Sequence record: SRR20825010_3076
DNA length: 62,781 nt
Direction: 5' to 3' (one strand)
Made by a program: the position numbers and the translations under genes. A model generated the notes under the pieces. That model did not search any database. It had not been told where the DNA came from and worked only from the letters and a program-made list of their open reading frames with translations. The first letter of the stretch is position 1; every line of letters starts with the position of its first letter. Positions 1 to 10,652 of this stretch are shown piece after piece.

Positions 1-2066
1 CTCTGGTCGATGTCGATGACCTTGTCGAGCTGGTCCAGCCCTTTCAGGGATTCATAGGGCGCGTGGCTCAGGCTAGTGGCTTTGTTGAGCTTTGCAGCAC
101 ACACCGGATACAGGGTGCTGTTGATCAGCGTGGACTTGCCGGAGCCCGAAACGCCGGTGACACACGTCATAACACCCAGCGGTAAGGTTAATGTGACACC
201 TTGCAGGTTGTTTCCGGTCGCGCCTGCCAGTACCAGTGGTTTACCCTTCCGGCTATGGCGTTGTTCAGGGATCGCGATCTCTTTTTCGCCGCACAAGTAC
301 TGCCCGGTGAGGGAGTCCTTGGAGGCGATGATGTCTTCGGGCGTGCCTTGGGCAATGATGTGGCCACCGTGCACGCCTGCACCCGGCCCGATATCGATCA
401 CGTGATCCGCAGCCCGGATGGCGTCTTCGTCGTGCTCGACAACAATAACGGTATTGCCCAGATCCCGCAGATGGAACAGTGTGGCCAGTAGGCGATCGTT
501 ATCCCGTTGGTGCAGGCCAATGGATGGTTCATCGAGAATGTACATGACGCCCACAAGGCCGGCACCGATCTGGCTCGCCAGCCGTATGCGCTGGGCTTCG
601 CCGCCGGAGAGTGTATCGGCGCTGCGTTCAAGGGTCAGGTATTCCAGGCCAACGTTAACGAGGAATTGCAGTCGCTGACGAACTTCCTTGAGGATTTTTT
701 CGGCAATTTCGCCCTTGCGGCCAGGAAGGGCAAGTTGTCCGAAATAGTCATGGGCGTCGCCGACAGGCATGTGGGTGACGTCCGAGATGTTGTTCTTCTC
801 AACAAACACATGCCGGGCGCTGCGTCGCAGTCGTGAGCCGCCGCACTCTTTGCAGGGCTGCGTGCTGAGGTTGCGGGCCAGTTCCTCTCGCATGCTCTGT
901 GATTCGGTTTCCCGGTAGCGGCGCTCGAGGTTTGGCAGGATGCCCTCAAAAGGATGGGCCTTCTCCATGATGTGGCCGCGCGAGTTTACATAGCGGAATG
1001 GGACGTCTTCGGTTCCCGTGCCGTAGAGCAGCGCCTGACGAAAATCCTCCGGCAGGTCCTCCCAGGGAGTGTCCATGTTGATGTCGTAATGTTCGGCCAC
1101 ACTGGTCAGCATCTGGAAATAGTACACGGCCCTGCGGTCCCAGCCCTTGATGGCGCCCTCGGCAAGGGTGGCCTCTGGGTGCTGGACGATCTTTTCGGCA
1201 TCGAAGAATTGCTTGACGCCCAGGCCATCGCAAGTCGGGCAGGCGCCGGCAGGGTTGTTGAAGGAAAACAGTCTCGGTTCCAGCTCGCTGATGGCGTATC
1301 CGCACTGGGTACACGCGTAGCGGGCAGAAAACGTATGTTCGTTTCCCTCATTATCCATGGGGGCAACGAGCGCGATGCCATCAGCCAGGCCCAGAGCGGT
1401 TTCAAAACTCTCGGCAAGCCGTTGCTCAAGCCCCGGTTTGACCTTGAAGCGGTCGACCACCACGTCAATCTGGTGCTTCCGTTTCTTGTCCAGTGTTGGA
1501 ACGTCATCGATATCGTAAACACGGCCGTCCACCCGCAGGCGGATAAAGCCCTGGCTGCGCATCGTGTCGATGACCTGCAGGTGCTCACCCTTCCGGTCAC
1601 GGATGACCGGAGCGAGGATCATCAGCTTGCTGTCATCGGGCATGGCCAACACCTGATCCACCATCTGGCTTACAGTCTGGGCCTCTAGTGGCAGATCGTG
1701 ATCCGGGCAGCGGGGCTCGCCAGCGCGGGCAAACAGCAGGCGAAGGTAGTCGTAGATTTCGGTGATGGTACCGACGGTAGAACGGGGGTTGTGGGAGGTG
1801 CTCTTCTGCTCGATCGAAATGGCCGGCGACAGGCCTTCAATATGATCCACGTCTGGCTTTTCCATCATCGACAGAAACTGCCTTGCGTAGGTGGACAGTG
1901 ATTCCACGTACCGACGCTGTCCCTCGGCGTAAAGCGTGTCAAACGCCAAAGAAGATTTGCCAGAGCCGGACAGCCCGGTGATAACGATCAGCTTGTCCCT
2001 CGGCATATCCAGGTCAATGTTCTTCAGATTGTGGGTTCGTGCCCCTTTGATCTGGATATGGTCCAT
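1..2066 (-). CDS. uvrA: Excinuclease ABC subunit A (5' part; continues past window start)
   Basis: Absent from the ORF track because it is open at the edge. The reverse strand reads [58 protein letters not shown], with a second Walker A (GVSGSGKS) near 135-160 and ...DKVIDIDQ at the edge. Confidence 0.98.
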   Translation of the reverse strand, partial: MDHIQIKGARTHNLKNIDLDMPRDKLIVITGLSGSGKSSLAFDTLYAEGQRRYVESLSTYARQFLSMMEKPDVDHIEGLSPAISIEQKSTSHNPRSTVGTITEIYDYLRLLFARAGEPRCPDHDLPLEAQTVSQMVDQVLAMPDDSKLMILAPVIRDRKGEHLQVIDTMRSQGFIRLRVDGRVYDIDDVPTLDKKRKHQIDVVVDRFKVKPGLEQRLAESFETALGLADGIALVAPMDNEGNEHTFSARYACTQCGYAISELEPRLFSFNNPAGACPTCDGLGVKQFFDAEKIVQHPEATLAEGAIKGWDRRAVYYFQMLTSVAEHYDINMDTPWEDLPEDFRQALLYGTGTEDVPFRYVNSRGHIMEKAHPFEGILPNLERRYRETESQSMREELARNLSTQPCKECGGSRLRRSARHVFVEKNNISDVTHMPVGDAHDYFGQLALPGRKGEIAEKILKEVRQRLQFLVNVGLEYLTLERSADTLSGGEAQRIRLASQIGAGLVGVMYILDEPSIGLHQRDNDRLLATLFHLRDLGNTVIVVEHDEDAIRAADHVIDIGPGAGVHGGHIIAQGTPEDIIASKDSLTGQYLCGEKEIAIPEQRHSRKGKPLVLAGATGNNLQGVTLTLPLGVMTCVTGVSGSGKSTLINSTLYPVCAAKLNKATSLSHAPYESLKGLDQLDKVIDIDQ

Positions 2067-2261
2067 AACACCTCGCAGTCGGAAAAAACGCAAATTATAC
2101 CGTGTTTGGCCCCCGGCCGGCCAAGTGCCCGGGACTTTTAAGCAGGTAAATGCACAATGCCCTGCCTGCATGGCTTCTGTTACAATGCGCGGCGATTTCC
2201 TGAAGGGCATGTGCCCCTTCTGAACCCTCGTTTCCGGACACAGTAACAGGTCAGGCATCTC

Positions 2262-3632
2262 ATGAATTCACTGGAAAGACGCTCTGTTGCAGCACTGGCA
2301 TCTGTGTATGCCATGCGGATGCTTGGGCTCTTTATGGTGATGCCAGTGTTCGTGCTTCTTGGCAGTGATCTTGACGGCGCAACACCGGCGCTGATTGGTC
2401 TGGCCATCGGTGCCTATGGTCTGAGCCAGGCGCTGCTGCAGATTCCGTTTGGCATGCTGTCTGATCGCGTTGGCCGTAAACGGATGATCTACATCGGGCT
2501 GGTACTTTTCGCCGCAGGCAGTTTGCTGGCAGCCTCCACAGACTCCATATACGTTGTAATCGCTGGTCGGATTCTTCAGGGCGCGGGCGCCATCGCCAGT
2601 GTTTTGATGGCGTTATTGAGTGATCTGACGCGGGAGGAGGAGCGGACCAAGGCTATGGCAACGGTCGGCATCTCCATCGGCCTGTCATTTTCTGTATCGC
2701 TGGTTCTGGGGCCCTTGCTGGGGTCTGTCTCTGGTTTGTCCGGCATTTTTTATGCCACTGCCGTACTCGCGTTGGTGGCAATAATGATCGTCAATCGCGT
2801 GGTGCCAACACCCCATGAGCACAAGTCCAGTGCGGATACCCATCCGGCCAGGGCAATGTTGCAAACCGTCCTGTCTGATGGCCGACTGCTGAGGCTGGAT
2901 TTCGGAATTTTTGCATTACACCTGGTGTTGACCGCGATGTTCCTGGTGTTTCCAACCCTGCTTCAGAATCGGCTGGGGCTTCCCGCTTCGTCACATTGGT
3001 GGTTCTACCTGACGGTTATGGTGGCCTCTTTCTTTGCCATGGTGCCGTTTATTATCGTTGGGGAGAAAAAGCGCCGGATGAAACCTGTTTTTTGTGGTGC
3101 CATCGCGCTGCTTGCCCTATCAACCGCTTGTGTTGGCGCGCTTGGTGGTGGGCTTGCGATGGCCTGGGGGGTGCTGTTCTTCTTCTTTATGGCGTTTAAC
3201 CTGCTGGAGGCCAGTTTGCCGTCTCTGGTCAGCAAAGAATCGCCGGCAGCGGCAAAAGGCACTGCTATGGGGGTCTATTCCACGTCGCAATTTTTTGGGG
3301 CATTTCTGGGTGGGGCGGTTGGTGGTATTCTGCTCGAGCAGTTGGGTCTTCAGGGCGTGCTTTGGTTTATGGTAGGTGCGCTGCTGATATGGCTCGCGGT
3401 GGCGTTGACGATGTCGACCCCGGGCCATACCACCAGTTTCGTGGTACAGTTGCAGCCTGTGGTTTACAGTCAGTTTGATGAGATTGATGACACGCTGAGA
3501 AGCATCCCCGGGGTGCAGGATGTTGTCATCCTGGAGGAGGCGGAAACTGCCTACCTGAAGGTGGATCGTCAAACATTTGATGAACTGTCGCTTGCGGGCT
3601 TTTCATTTGTCCGGCAGGGCAGCCAATCTTGA
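2262..3632 (+). CDS. yajR: MFS transporter, YajR-like, with C-terminal soluble domain
   Basis: About 12 hydrophobic segments, MFS motif [11 protein letters not shown]-terminal [11 protein letters not shown], and the usual uvrA-MFS-ssb synteny. Confidence 0.85.
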   Translation: MNSLERRSVAALASVYAMRMLGLFMVMPVFVLLGSDLDGATPALIGLAIGAYGLSQALLQIPFGMLSDRVGRKRMIYIGLVLFAAGSLLAASTDSIYVVIAGRILQGAGAIASVLMALLSDLTREEERTKAMATVGISIGLSFSVSLVLGPLLGSVSGLSGIFYATAVLALVAIMIVNRVVPTPHEHKSSADTHPARAMLQTVLSDGRLLRLDFGIFALHLVLTAMFLVFPTLLQNRLGLPASSHWWFYLTVMVASFFAMVPFIIVGEKKRRMKPVFCGAIALLALSTACVGALGGGLAMAWGVLFFFFMAFNLLEASLPSLVSKESPAAAKGTAMGVYSTSQFFGAFLGGAVGGILLEQLGLQGVLWFMVGALLIWLAVALTMSTPGHTTSFVVQLQPVVYSQFDEIDDTLRSIPGVQDVVILEEAETAYLKVDRQTFDELSLAGFSFVRQGSQS

Positions 3633-3690
3633 AATTCGGAGGTCTGCAGGGAAGGCAGGCCATCCCTGAAAACAGAGTCAGGAGCAGATC

Positions 3691-4218
3691 ATGGCACGAG
3701 GCGTAAACAAGGTTATTCTGATTGGGAATCTGGGGCAGGACCCGGAAACCCGCTATACCCCGAATGGCAATGCGGTGGTGAACCTCAACCTTGCAACCGA
3801 TGAAAGTTACAAGGACAGGCAAACAGGCCAGTTGGTGCCGAAAACCGAGTGGCACCGGATTGTGATGTTCGGCAAGATTGCCGAGGTGGCTGGTCAGTAC
3901 CTGCGTAAGGGCTCAAAGGTCTACATCGAGGGTAAGTTACAGACGCGCAAGTGGCAGGGGCAGGATGGTCAGGATCGCTACACCACCGAGGTAGTGGTGG
4001 ACATCAACGGCCAGATGCAGATGCTCGACAGTCGTGGTGGCGAAGGCGGCGGCATGAGCCAAGGTGCTCCCGCTGGCCGTCCGCAGCAAGCGGGCAATGC
4101 CGCGCCAGCAGCCGCGGGCCCGTCTGGGCAGCAATCCGGAGGCGGGGGCTACAGTCAGCCGTCACAAGGCAGCATGCCGGAACCGGTTGATGACTTCGAC
4201 GACGACATACCCTTCTAG
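3691..4218 (+). CDS. ssb: Single-stranded DNA-binding protein
   Basis: [21 protein letters not shown]-fold, Gly/Gln-rich linker, C-terminal DFDDDIPF. Confidence 0.99.
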   Translation: MARGVNKVILIGNLGQDPETRYTPNGNAVVNLNLATDESYKDRQTGQLVPKTEWHRIVMFGKIAEVAGQYLRKGSKVYIEGKLQTRKWQGQDGQDRYTTEVVVDINGQMQMLDSRGGEGGGMSQGAPAGRPQQAGNAAPAAAGPSGQQSGGGGYSQPSQGSMPEPVDDFDDDIPF

Positions 4219-4229
4219 GGTTAGTTACA

Positions 4230-4260
4230 AAAAGCCCCCGCCAAGCGGGGGCTTTTCTGT
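4230..4260 (+). terminator. Intrinsic terminator after ssb (probably bidirectional)
   Basis: AAAAGCCCCCGC-CAA-GCGGGGGCTTTTCTGT hairpin. Confidence 0.9.
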
Positions 4261-4378
4261 TAACGAGTTGCAAAAAGCAGTGAAATAGAACAATAAAACA
4301 TGGAATTACGTTTACTTTTTCAACTACTATTAAAGTCACTATAAGAATCGTCCATTTTTTAGGCATCGAGGCTTTCGA

Positions 4379-5287
4379 GTGGCCCTGAGCTTTATTAAAA
4401 GCTTTCTGAATCGTTCCGATAAACGGCAGCAGATCTATCTGGAAATTCGTCCTGACGGCATCGCGTGGGCGGAATCCGGAGGTAGCGCGGCTTTTGCCGA
4501 TTGCTTGCCGGCAAAGCGGGAGTCTGTTCTCCGTGCATTAGTCGGCGAGCGCGCCTGGGCCGGTGTCGATACCACTCTGGTTTTACCGATGGATCAATAC
4601 CAGGTGTTCCAGTTGGAGCGCCCTGAGGGCGTTGAAGACTCGGAGCTTGGTGATGCCCTGAAGTGGAAACTCAAGGACATTCTCGATTTCAATCCGTCCG
4701 ATGCAGTCTGCGATGTATTTCCGTTTCCGGAAGATGCTTCCCGTGGCCGCGGGGACCTGGTTAACGTGGTTGCCGCCAGAAAGTCTCTCATTAGTGAGCT
4801 GGTTGCACTGGTCGAGGCATGCGATCTGGCGTTGATTTCCATTGATATCGCCGAGTTGGCTCTGCGTAACCTGGTGCCCCGTATTGATCCCGATCATCGG
4901 GGGGCGGCCGTGGTGCACATGCGCGAGCGGTTCGGGCAGATGATCGTCTGTAAAGGCGAAACACTGTACCTGTCGCGACGGCTGGACGTGACTTCGGATG
5001 ACCTCCGGGATGCAGCGCGGCAGGAAAATGCCGTGCAGTCTTTGGCCCTTGAGATGCAACGCTCCCTCGATTATTACGAAAGCCAGTTGGGGCAAGTGCC
5101 CCCTGCCGTCATTCGCCTGGTGGCGCGTGACAACCTCATGCCATTGCCCTCCATGCTTGCCTCCTATGTGGCCGCCACCGTTGAAACGCTGGATTGGTCG
5201 CCTTACGGTCTTGATCAACCCTTTGACAGCCGCTGCCTGGTTGCCTGGGGCGCAAGTCTGGTACCGACCGGCAAGGGGGCAAAATGA
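4379..5287 (+). CDS. mshI: MSHA biogenesis protein MshI (PilM/actin-like)
   Basis: First gene of the operon (GTG start); motifs ALKWKLKD, IDIAELALRNL, LALEMQRSLDYYESQ. Confidence 0.8.
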   Translation: MALSFIKSFLNRSDKRQQIYLEIRPDGIAWAESGGSAAFADCLPAKRESVLRALVGERAWAGVDTTLVLPMDQYQVFQLERPEGVEDSELGDALKWKLKDILDFNPSDAVCDVFPFPEDASRGRGDLVNVVAARKSLISELVALVEACDLALISIDIAELALRNLVPRIDPDHRGAAVVHMRERFGQMIVCKGETLYLSRRLDVTSDDLRDAARQENAVQSLALEMQRSLDYYESQLGQVPPAVIRLVARDNLMPLPSMLASYVAATVETLDWSPYGLDQPFDSRCLVAWGASLVPTGKGAK

Positions 5288-5892
5288 TCCAGCAGGTCAA
5301 CCTCTATACCGATGAACTGCGTCCCCGAAAGGAAAAACTGCAGGCCCGGATGGCGTTGTCCATTCTGGCCCTGGCGCTGGTTGTGATTGTGGTTTCCGCA
5401 GGGGGTGTCCGATATCAGGCGTCGCACTTGCAGGCGCAGGTCGATTCTCGGCAGGCACAGAATGATCAGCTACAGCGTGCGGTGGAACAATTGACCACTG
5501 AGGCGGAAGCCCGCCAACCCGACCCTGAGGTTGAAGCCGCCCTTGAGCGTGTAACCGCGACGTTGGCACGAAGGCAGCGATTGCTGAGTCGTGTGGAGGA
5601 CCTGGTGGCCAGCGAAGCAGCGGGATTTTCAACGCAGCTGTCGGCATTAGCTCGACAGGTGCCGCAAGGACTCTGGCTGACGCACATCCGTCTGGACGGT
5701 CATCAGGGGAATGTTGCTTTGGCAGGCAGGTCGCAGTCTGGACGGCTTGTGCCGATATACCTCGAAAAGCTTAGCGGGGAGCCCGCCTTCGTGGGCAAGA
5801 CCTTCGGCAGCTTTCGGCTTGACCGAGAGGAAGACGGGCGCTGGATTGAGTTTCAGGTTGCCACGGACAGGAACTGGGAGGGTGCTGAATGA
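5284..5892 (+). CDS. MSHA biogenesis protein, PilN-like (second MshI-type subunit)
   Basis: QQVNLY N-terminus, one TM segment, coiled coil, GLWLTHI motif; ATGA overlap with upstream gene. Confidence 0.8.
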   Translation: MIQQVNLYTDELRPRKEKLQARMALSILALALVVIVVSAGGVRYQASHLQAQVDSRQAQNDQLQRAVEQLTTEAEARQPDPEVEAALERVTATLARRQRLLSRVEDLVASEAAGFSTQLSALARQVPQGLWLTHIRLDGHQGNVALAGRSQSGRLVPIYLEKLSGEPAFVGKTFGSFRLDREEDGRWIEFQVATDRNWEGAE

Positions 5893-6587
5893 ATCAGGCT
5901 TTTCGTCAGCAGTTTGATAGAGGCACAGCCTGGTTCGATGACCGTCCTGTTCGCGAGCGGGCAATGATTACTGTAACCGCCGTGGTCCTGGTTCTTTTTG
6001 TTGGCTGGGAATTGTGTGTAGCGCCTGTGATGGGCCGCAACGACCAGCTCCAGTCCCGCCTGGATTCTTTGGCCAACACTCAGGCGTCGTTGCTTGAGCA
6101 ACAACAGGTGTTGACTGCGCGCTTGTCCTCCGACCCGTCCCAACAAATTCGGGACAGGCTCGCGGCGCGCCAGCAGCGTCTTGACCAACTCGATGAGGAA
6201 CTGGCCGAAACCACCGGACGGCTGATCGCGCCGAGGGCCATGGTGGGATTATTGCGGGACATCCTGGCGGCCCAGGAAGAACTTGAGCTACTGGGTGTTG
6301 AATTGATGCCGCCTGTGCCCGTATTTGAGGACGGTCCTGGCACGCCAGAAGACACTAACAGCAATGACGACAATGAAACCCGTGAGCCGCTGCTGTTCGC
6401 ACACGATGCGGAAATTGCCATTCGTGGAGGCTATATGGACGTGCTGTCTTACCTCGAGACCCTTGAAGCCATGGACGCCCGCCTCGGTTGGGTGCTGCTT
6501 GACTATGATGTCAGCGAGTATCCGCACAACGAGATCCGGGTTCGGGTCAGGACACTGAGCCTGGACCGTGCATGGTTGGGAGTCTGA
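5889..6587 (+). CDS. mshJ: MSHA biogenesis protein MshJ (PilO/GspM-like)
   Basis: RER followed by a TM segment, coiled coil, C-terminal GGY..VLSYL..LE and TLSLDRAWLGV. Confidence 0.85.
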   Translation: MNQAFRQQFDRGTAWFDDRPVRERAMITVTAVVLVLFVGWELCVAPVMGRNDQLQSRLDSLANTQASLLEQQQVLTARLSSDPSQQIRDRLAARQQRLDQLDEELAETTGRLIAPRAMVGLLRDILAAQEELELLGVELMPPVPVFEDGPGTPEDTNSNDDNETREPLLFAHDAEIAIRGGYMDVLSYLETLEAMDARLGWVLLDYDVSEYPHNEIRVRVRTLSLDRAWLGV

Positions 6588-6588
6588 A

Positions 6589-6900
6589 ATGAGGGTGTTG
6601 CTGATCGTATTGATGTTGGCTGCAGGGTATGCCTTTGCCCTTGAGGATCCAACCCGGCCGAGCGGCTTTTCAGGCAGTGCGCCACAGTCAGAACCGGCGA
6701 GGGAGTTTTCACTGGCGTCGATATTTATTGGCAATAATCGCAGGTTGGCGGTTATCGATGGAGAGGCCCGCAGGGAAGGGCAGGCGTTTGAGGGGGTTCG
6801 CATTCGGCGTATTTACCCCGACCGGGTTGAGCTGGTTGATCAGGGAAGAGTGCGCGTTCTACGCCTGGACCCCCTTCCGCAAGTGCGGAGTTCGCAATGA
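6589..6900 (+). CDS. mshK: MSHA biogenesis protein MshK
   Basis: Signal peptide then LEDPTRP; ATG at 6589 chosen because it follows the mshJ stop. Confidence 0.85.
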   Translation: MRVLLIVLMLAAGYAFALEDPTRPSGFSGSAPQSEPAREFSLASIFIGNNRRLAVIDGEARREGQAFEGVRIRRIYPDRVELVDQGRVRVLRLDPLPQVRSSQ

Positions 6901-8633
6901 CAGACAAACGAGCTGCTATGACACTGAATCGAACGTTTTTGACCGTGCTGCTGGCAACGTCACTGGCCGCCTGCAGCAATAACCCGCTGATGCGCACCAG
7001 CCAGGCCACCTCGACGGACGCTGCCCAGTCGATTGATGACGCGCTGGCGGAGGCCGAAGCCAAATCCGCGTTGCAGCGTGCCGAGCGGGAACAGGCCGCA
7101 CGGGCAGGTGTTCCGGAAGAAGTCAGTGCGGCCCTGATGCCGTCGCTGTCTGCTGACACGGATGACGAGGAACGGTTCGATGTCGATGCCCGTGGCCTTG
7201 CCGCCGGCCCGTTCTTCGAAGCACTGGTGGAGGGTAGCCGGTATAACGTGGTGGTTCACCCCGGTGTTGACGCGGTTGTTGACCTGAGGCTCCGGGACGT
7301 GACTGTTCCCGAAGTTATGGATATCGCCAGTGACCTCTATGGCCTGGATATTCAGCGCAACGGGCGACTGTTTCAGGTAAAGGCCGAAAGCGTCCAGACT
7401 CGGATGTTCCCGATCGACTACCTGCACTTCAAGCGCAGTGGCGGCTCTGAAACCCGTGTCAGTTCAGGGCAGGTCAGCAGTTCACGTGACAATTCAACCG
7501 GTGCGGGCGCGTCGCAGGACAATTCCGACAACACTTCAACGGCGAATCTCGTTGGCACTCGCATCTCCACCGAGACCGAGTCCGATTTCTGGACCGATAT
7601 TCAGCGCGCGCTGCAAATGATCGTAGGATCGGAGAATGGTAATCAGGTGATCATCAATCCCGGCGCGGGGCTGGTGATGGTGCGCTCCGATGGAAAGTCC
7701 CTGGCGCAGGTGGAAGAGTACCTTCGCCGAACTCAGTTGATTATGCAGCGGCAGGTGGTGCTGGAAGCCAAGATTCTGGAAATTGGTCTGAATGAAGGCT
7801 ATCAGCAAGGGGTTAACTGGTCTGATATTCAGAGTGCCTCCTCGGTAACAGCGAGCGATGGCTTGCCGGCCGAGTTCACTGCCCAATCGCTGGCGGGGCA
7901 GGCGATACGGACCTCCGACATTGGGGGCTTGTTTTCGGCGACCTTCCGGGAAGGAACCTTCACGGCGCTTATTGAACTTTTGGGCGAGCAGGGCAATGTG
8001 CAGATTCTCTCCAGCCCCCGAATTTCGACCATCAATAATCAAAAAGCGGTGATCAAGGTTGGCACCGACGAGTTTTTCGTAACGGACATCGACTTCGACG
8101 ACAACAACTCGGCAGTGACAGCCACTGACCGGACCTCCACCTCAGTGGAACTGACCCCGTTTTTCTCCGGGATTTCGCTCGACGTTACCCCACAGATTTC
8201 AGAAGACGGCGCCATTACCCTGCATGTGCACCCCTCCGTGAGCGAGGTGAATGATCAGGAGAAGGTGATCACGGTGGGCGACCGGGACGTCACACTGCCT
8301 TTGGCGCTCAGCACGGTTCGCGAGACCGACAGTGTGATCCGTGCCGAAAGTGGCCAGATTGTAGTGATCGGCGGGTTGATCCAGAACACCAGCGAGGACA
8401 ACAACTCGGCAGTGCCCTTCTTCAGTGAAATTCCCTTGTTGGGAGAATTGTTTAAACAGCGACGGTTCCAGTCTCGCAAGAGCGAGCTGGTCATCCTGTT
8501 GCGCCCCGTGGTTGCCGGCAGCCAGCAGATGAATGCGGATGTATCGGCCAGTCGCGACCGGATGCGGGTTCTGCGGGAACTGCTGGAGTCTTCCGAATCT
8601 GTGAAACCCCAACCGGAGAAAGCCAGGCGCTAG
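6897..8633 (+). CDS. mshL: MSHA secretin MshL
   Basis: Lipobox SLAAC; secretin core QVVLEAKILE, SSPRISTINNQKAVIKVG, PFFSGISLDVTPQI, ELVILLRP. Confidence 0.95.
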   Translation: MTDKRAAMTLNRTFLTVLLATSLAACSNNPLMRTSQATSTDAAQSIDDALAEAEAKSALQRAEREQAARAGVPEEVSAALMPSLSADTDDEERFDVDARGLAAGPFFEALVEGSRYNVVVHPGVDAVVDLRLRDVTVPEVMDIASDLYGLDIQRNGRLFQVKAESVQTRMFPIDYLHFKRSGGSETRVSSGQVSSSRDNSTGAGASQDNSDNTSTANLVGTRISTETESDFWTDIQRALQMIVGSENGNQVIINPGAGLVMVRSDGKSLAQVEEYLRRTQLIMQRQVVLEAKILEIGLNEGYQQGVNWSDIQSASSVTASDGLPAEFTAQSLAGQAIRTSDIGGLFSATFREGTFTALIELLGEQGNVQILSSPRISTINNQKAVIKVGTDEFFVTDIDFDDNNSAVTATDRTSTSVELTPFFSGISLDVTPQISEDGAITLHVHPSVSEVNDQEKVITVGDRDVTLPLALSTVRETDSVIRAESGQIVVIGGLIQNTSEDNNSAVPFFSEIPLLGELFKQRRFQSRKSELVILLRPVVAGSQQMNADVSASRDRMRVLRELLESSESVKPQPEKARR

Positions 8634-8634
8634 C

Positions 8635-9474
8635 ATGTACGAAGCTCATTTCGGACTGCAGGAAGCACCGTTTGCATTGACGCCCAACACCCGGTATTTC
8701 CTCCGGGCACGTAGCCACAGCGATGCGCTGGAACTGCTGTTGGTGGCCTTGCGTGAACGGGAAGGCTTTATAAAAATCACCGGCGAGGTTGGTACCGGCA
8801 AAACCCTGCTGTGCCGGTTGTTGCTCAATGAGCTGGAGCAGGACGCCCATACGGCCTACATTCCCAACCCGCACCTGACACCGGAGACCCTCTATGAGGC
8901 TGTGGCGGAGGAGCTGGGTGTGGACGTTGCGAGTTGCGCCAACACCCACCAGATACTGAAAGCTCTGAACGAACGCCTGATTGCGCTGGCCATGGAGCAA
9001 CGCCAGGTGGTGCTGGTGATTGATGAAGCCCAGGCCATGCCCGAGGAAACCATCGAGGCGCTGCGTCTGTTGACCAATCTGGAAACCGAAAGTACCCGGC
9101 TGTTGCAAGTGGTGCTATTCGGACAACCGGAACTGGACCAGATACTCCAACGAGACAGCATGAGGCAGCTACGGCAGCGGATTACCTTTCAGTATCGCCT
9201 GGCACCATTGGATAAGGTGTCGGTAGCACAGTACCTCAGGCACCGCCTGTCCCAGGCCGGGTACAACGGCGGTGACCTGTTTGCACCCTCCGCACTGCGT
9301 TTGATTTCCCGCTCATCCGGCGGTATCCCGCGGTTGGTCAATATTATCGCCCATAAGTCCCTGTTGTCAGCGTGGGGCCGGGGCGACCAACAGGTCAGCC
9401 GCTGGCACGTGATGCAAGCAGTCAGGGACACTGACAGCGCCCGCGTGCCCAACCTTCTGGTGAGGTGGCTATGA
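8635..9474 (+). CDS. mshM: MshM, ExeA-family AAA ATPase
   Basis: MYEAHFGL..PF, Walker A GEVGTGKT, Walker B VIDEAQ, GQPEL, GIPRLVN. Confidence 0.93.
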   Translation: MYEAHFGLQEAPFALTPNTRYFLRARSHSDALELLLVALREREGFIKITGEVGTGKTLLCRLLLNELEQDAHTAYIPNPHLTPETLYEAVAEELGVDVASCANTHQILKALNERLIALAMEQRQVVLVIDEAQAMPEETIEALRLLTNLETESTRLLQVVLFGQPELDQILQRDSMRQLRQRITFQYRLAPLDKVSVAQYLRHRLSQAGYNGGDLFAPSALRLISRSSGGIPRLVNIIAHKSLLSAWGRGDQQVSRWHVMQAVRDTDSARVPNLLVRWL

Positions 9475-10649
9475 GTTTGCTCAATGATGCTCTGCGGGCC
9501 GCCGAACAGCGCCAGGATCGGCCTGTGGCGCCCGGAGTCTATGCGGGAGGTCAGGCGCAGGCTGGCAATCGCAAGCGTGCGTTGGTGAGCGTGTTGGTGG
9601 TTCTGGCGATCGTAGTCGCTGGCCTTGGCGGCTACTGGCTGCTCTCCATCGACTCCTCTTCTGCCCCCGCAGAACTCGCGTCAGTTCCCTCTACCGATAC
9701 TGCGCCCTCGGCAGATGAACCAAGTCAAGCCAAGGTAAGCGATGTTGCCGCTGACGTTTCGCGAGCGGAGCCCGAAGAACCAGCAGAAGCGGTGAAGGCC
9801 GTGTCGTCGCCCGCAATGGCTGAGCCGGAACCGGTTCAAATACAAGCATCCACACCGCGGACACCCGCGTCTCAAAACCCGGCACCAGAGCCGTTGTCAC
9901 CGGAAACCACGGAACCTGATACCACGGAGCAGGAGCCAGCCCAGTCGCCCCCTGCCTCGGTGGCGAAAAGGGAAAAGGTTGAACCGTCATCGACGGAGCC
10001 AGAGAAAGAGGCAGAAACAGAAGATAAGGAAACGGAACCAGAAAAGACTGCCATTGCTGACGTGAAACAGGTGCCGGAAACGCCGGCTGCGACCGATCGC
10101 AGCACTGCGAGGGAGCTGGAAAAATTGGTGGCGCAGGGCCGTATTACCGACGCAGAGCGCCGTCTTGCGGCCCTGACCCGGGAGCAGGACGCCCCCCGCA
10201 GCCGCTATGTGGTTGCCAGGGCATTGCTGGTTGATGGCAAACAGGATCAGGCCCTTGGCTGGCTGCCCGCGGAGGTTACCGCACAAAACACGGCTTTGCG
10301 TTTGCTGAGAGCAAGGGCCCTGCACGCCAACAATGATCTGGGTGCGGCCCTCAACACACTGACGTCGAGCATTCCGCCTGTGGAAGGACATGCCGAATAC
10401 CGCGTTACGCTGGCAACGTTGCTGCAACAACAGGGTGACAGTGCAGAAGCCGCCCGGCACTGGGCGGCACTGATTGCCTGGGATGACAGCCAGGCTCCAT
10501 GGTGGGTGGGGCTGGCAATTTCCCTCGAGACACAGGGCGAGCAGGCCGGAGCGGCCAGGGCCTACCAGCAGGCAGCCGAACTTCCGGGGCTGCCCCGGTC
10601 GTTGGCCGACTACGTACAGCAACGCCTGCAGGCATTGCGGGCAGGATGA
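9471..10649 (+). CDS. mshN: MshN, TPR-containing MSHA biogenesis protein
   Basis: MSLLNDAL start, TM segment, long Pro/Glu linker, C-terminal TPR-like WWVGLAISLE...AYQQA. Confidence 0.85.
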   Translation: MSLLNDALRAAEQRQDRPVAPGVYAGGQAQAGNRKRALVSVLVVLAIVVAGLGGYWLLSIDSSSAPAELASVPSTDTAPSADEPSQAKVSDVAADVSRAEPEEPAEAVKAVSSPAMAEPEPVQIQASTPRTPASQNPAPEPLSPETTEPDTTEQEPAQSPPASVAKREKVEPSSTEPEKEAETEDKETEPEKTAIADVKQVPETPAATDRSTARELEKLVAQGRITDAERRLAALTREQDAPRSRYVVARALLVDGKQDQALGWLPAEVTAQNTALRLLRARALHANNDLGAALNTLTSSIPPVEGHAEYRVTLATLLQQQGDSAEAARHWAALIAWDDSQAPWWVGLAISLETQGEQAGAARAYQQAAELPGLPRSLADYVQQRLQALRAG

Positions 10650-10652
10650 TCC

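Noticed and set aside
2067-2261. Expected LexA box upstream of uvrA
   Set aside because: No CTGT-N8-ACAG match found; the closest (CAGGTAAATGCACAA) has wrong spacing and mismatches.
4261-4378. AT-rich region upstream of mshI as a defined promoter or CRP site
   Set aside because: Probably contains the operon promoter, but only weak matches to -35/-10 or CRP consensus could be found.
9660-10090. Pro/Glu/Ala low-complexity stretch in mshN as a tandem repeat
   Set aside because: No regular nucleotide repeat unit; an ordinary flexible linker.
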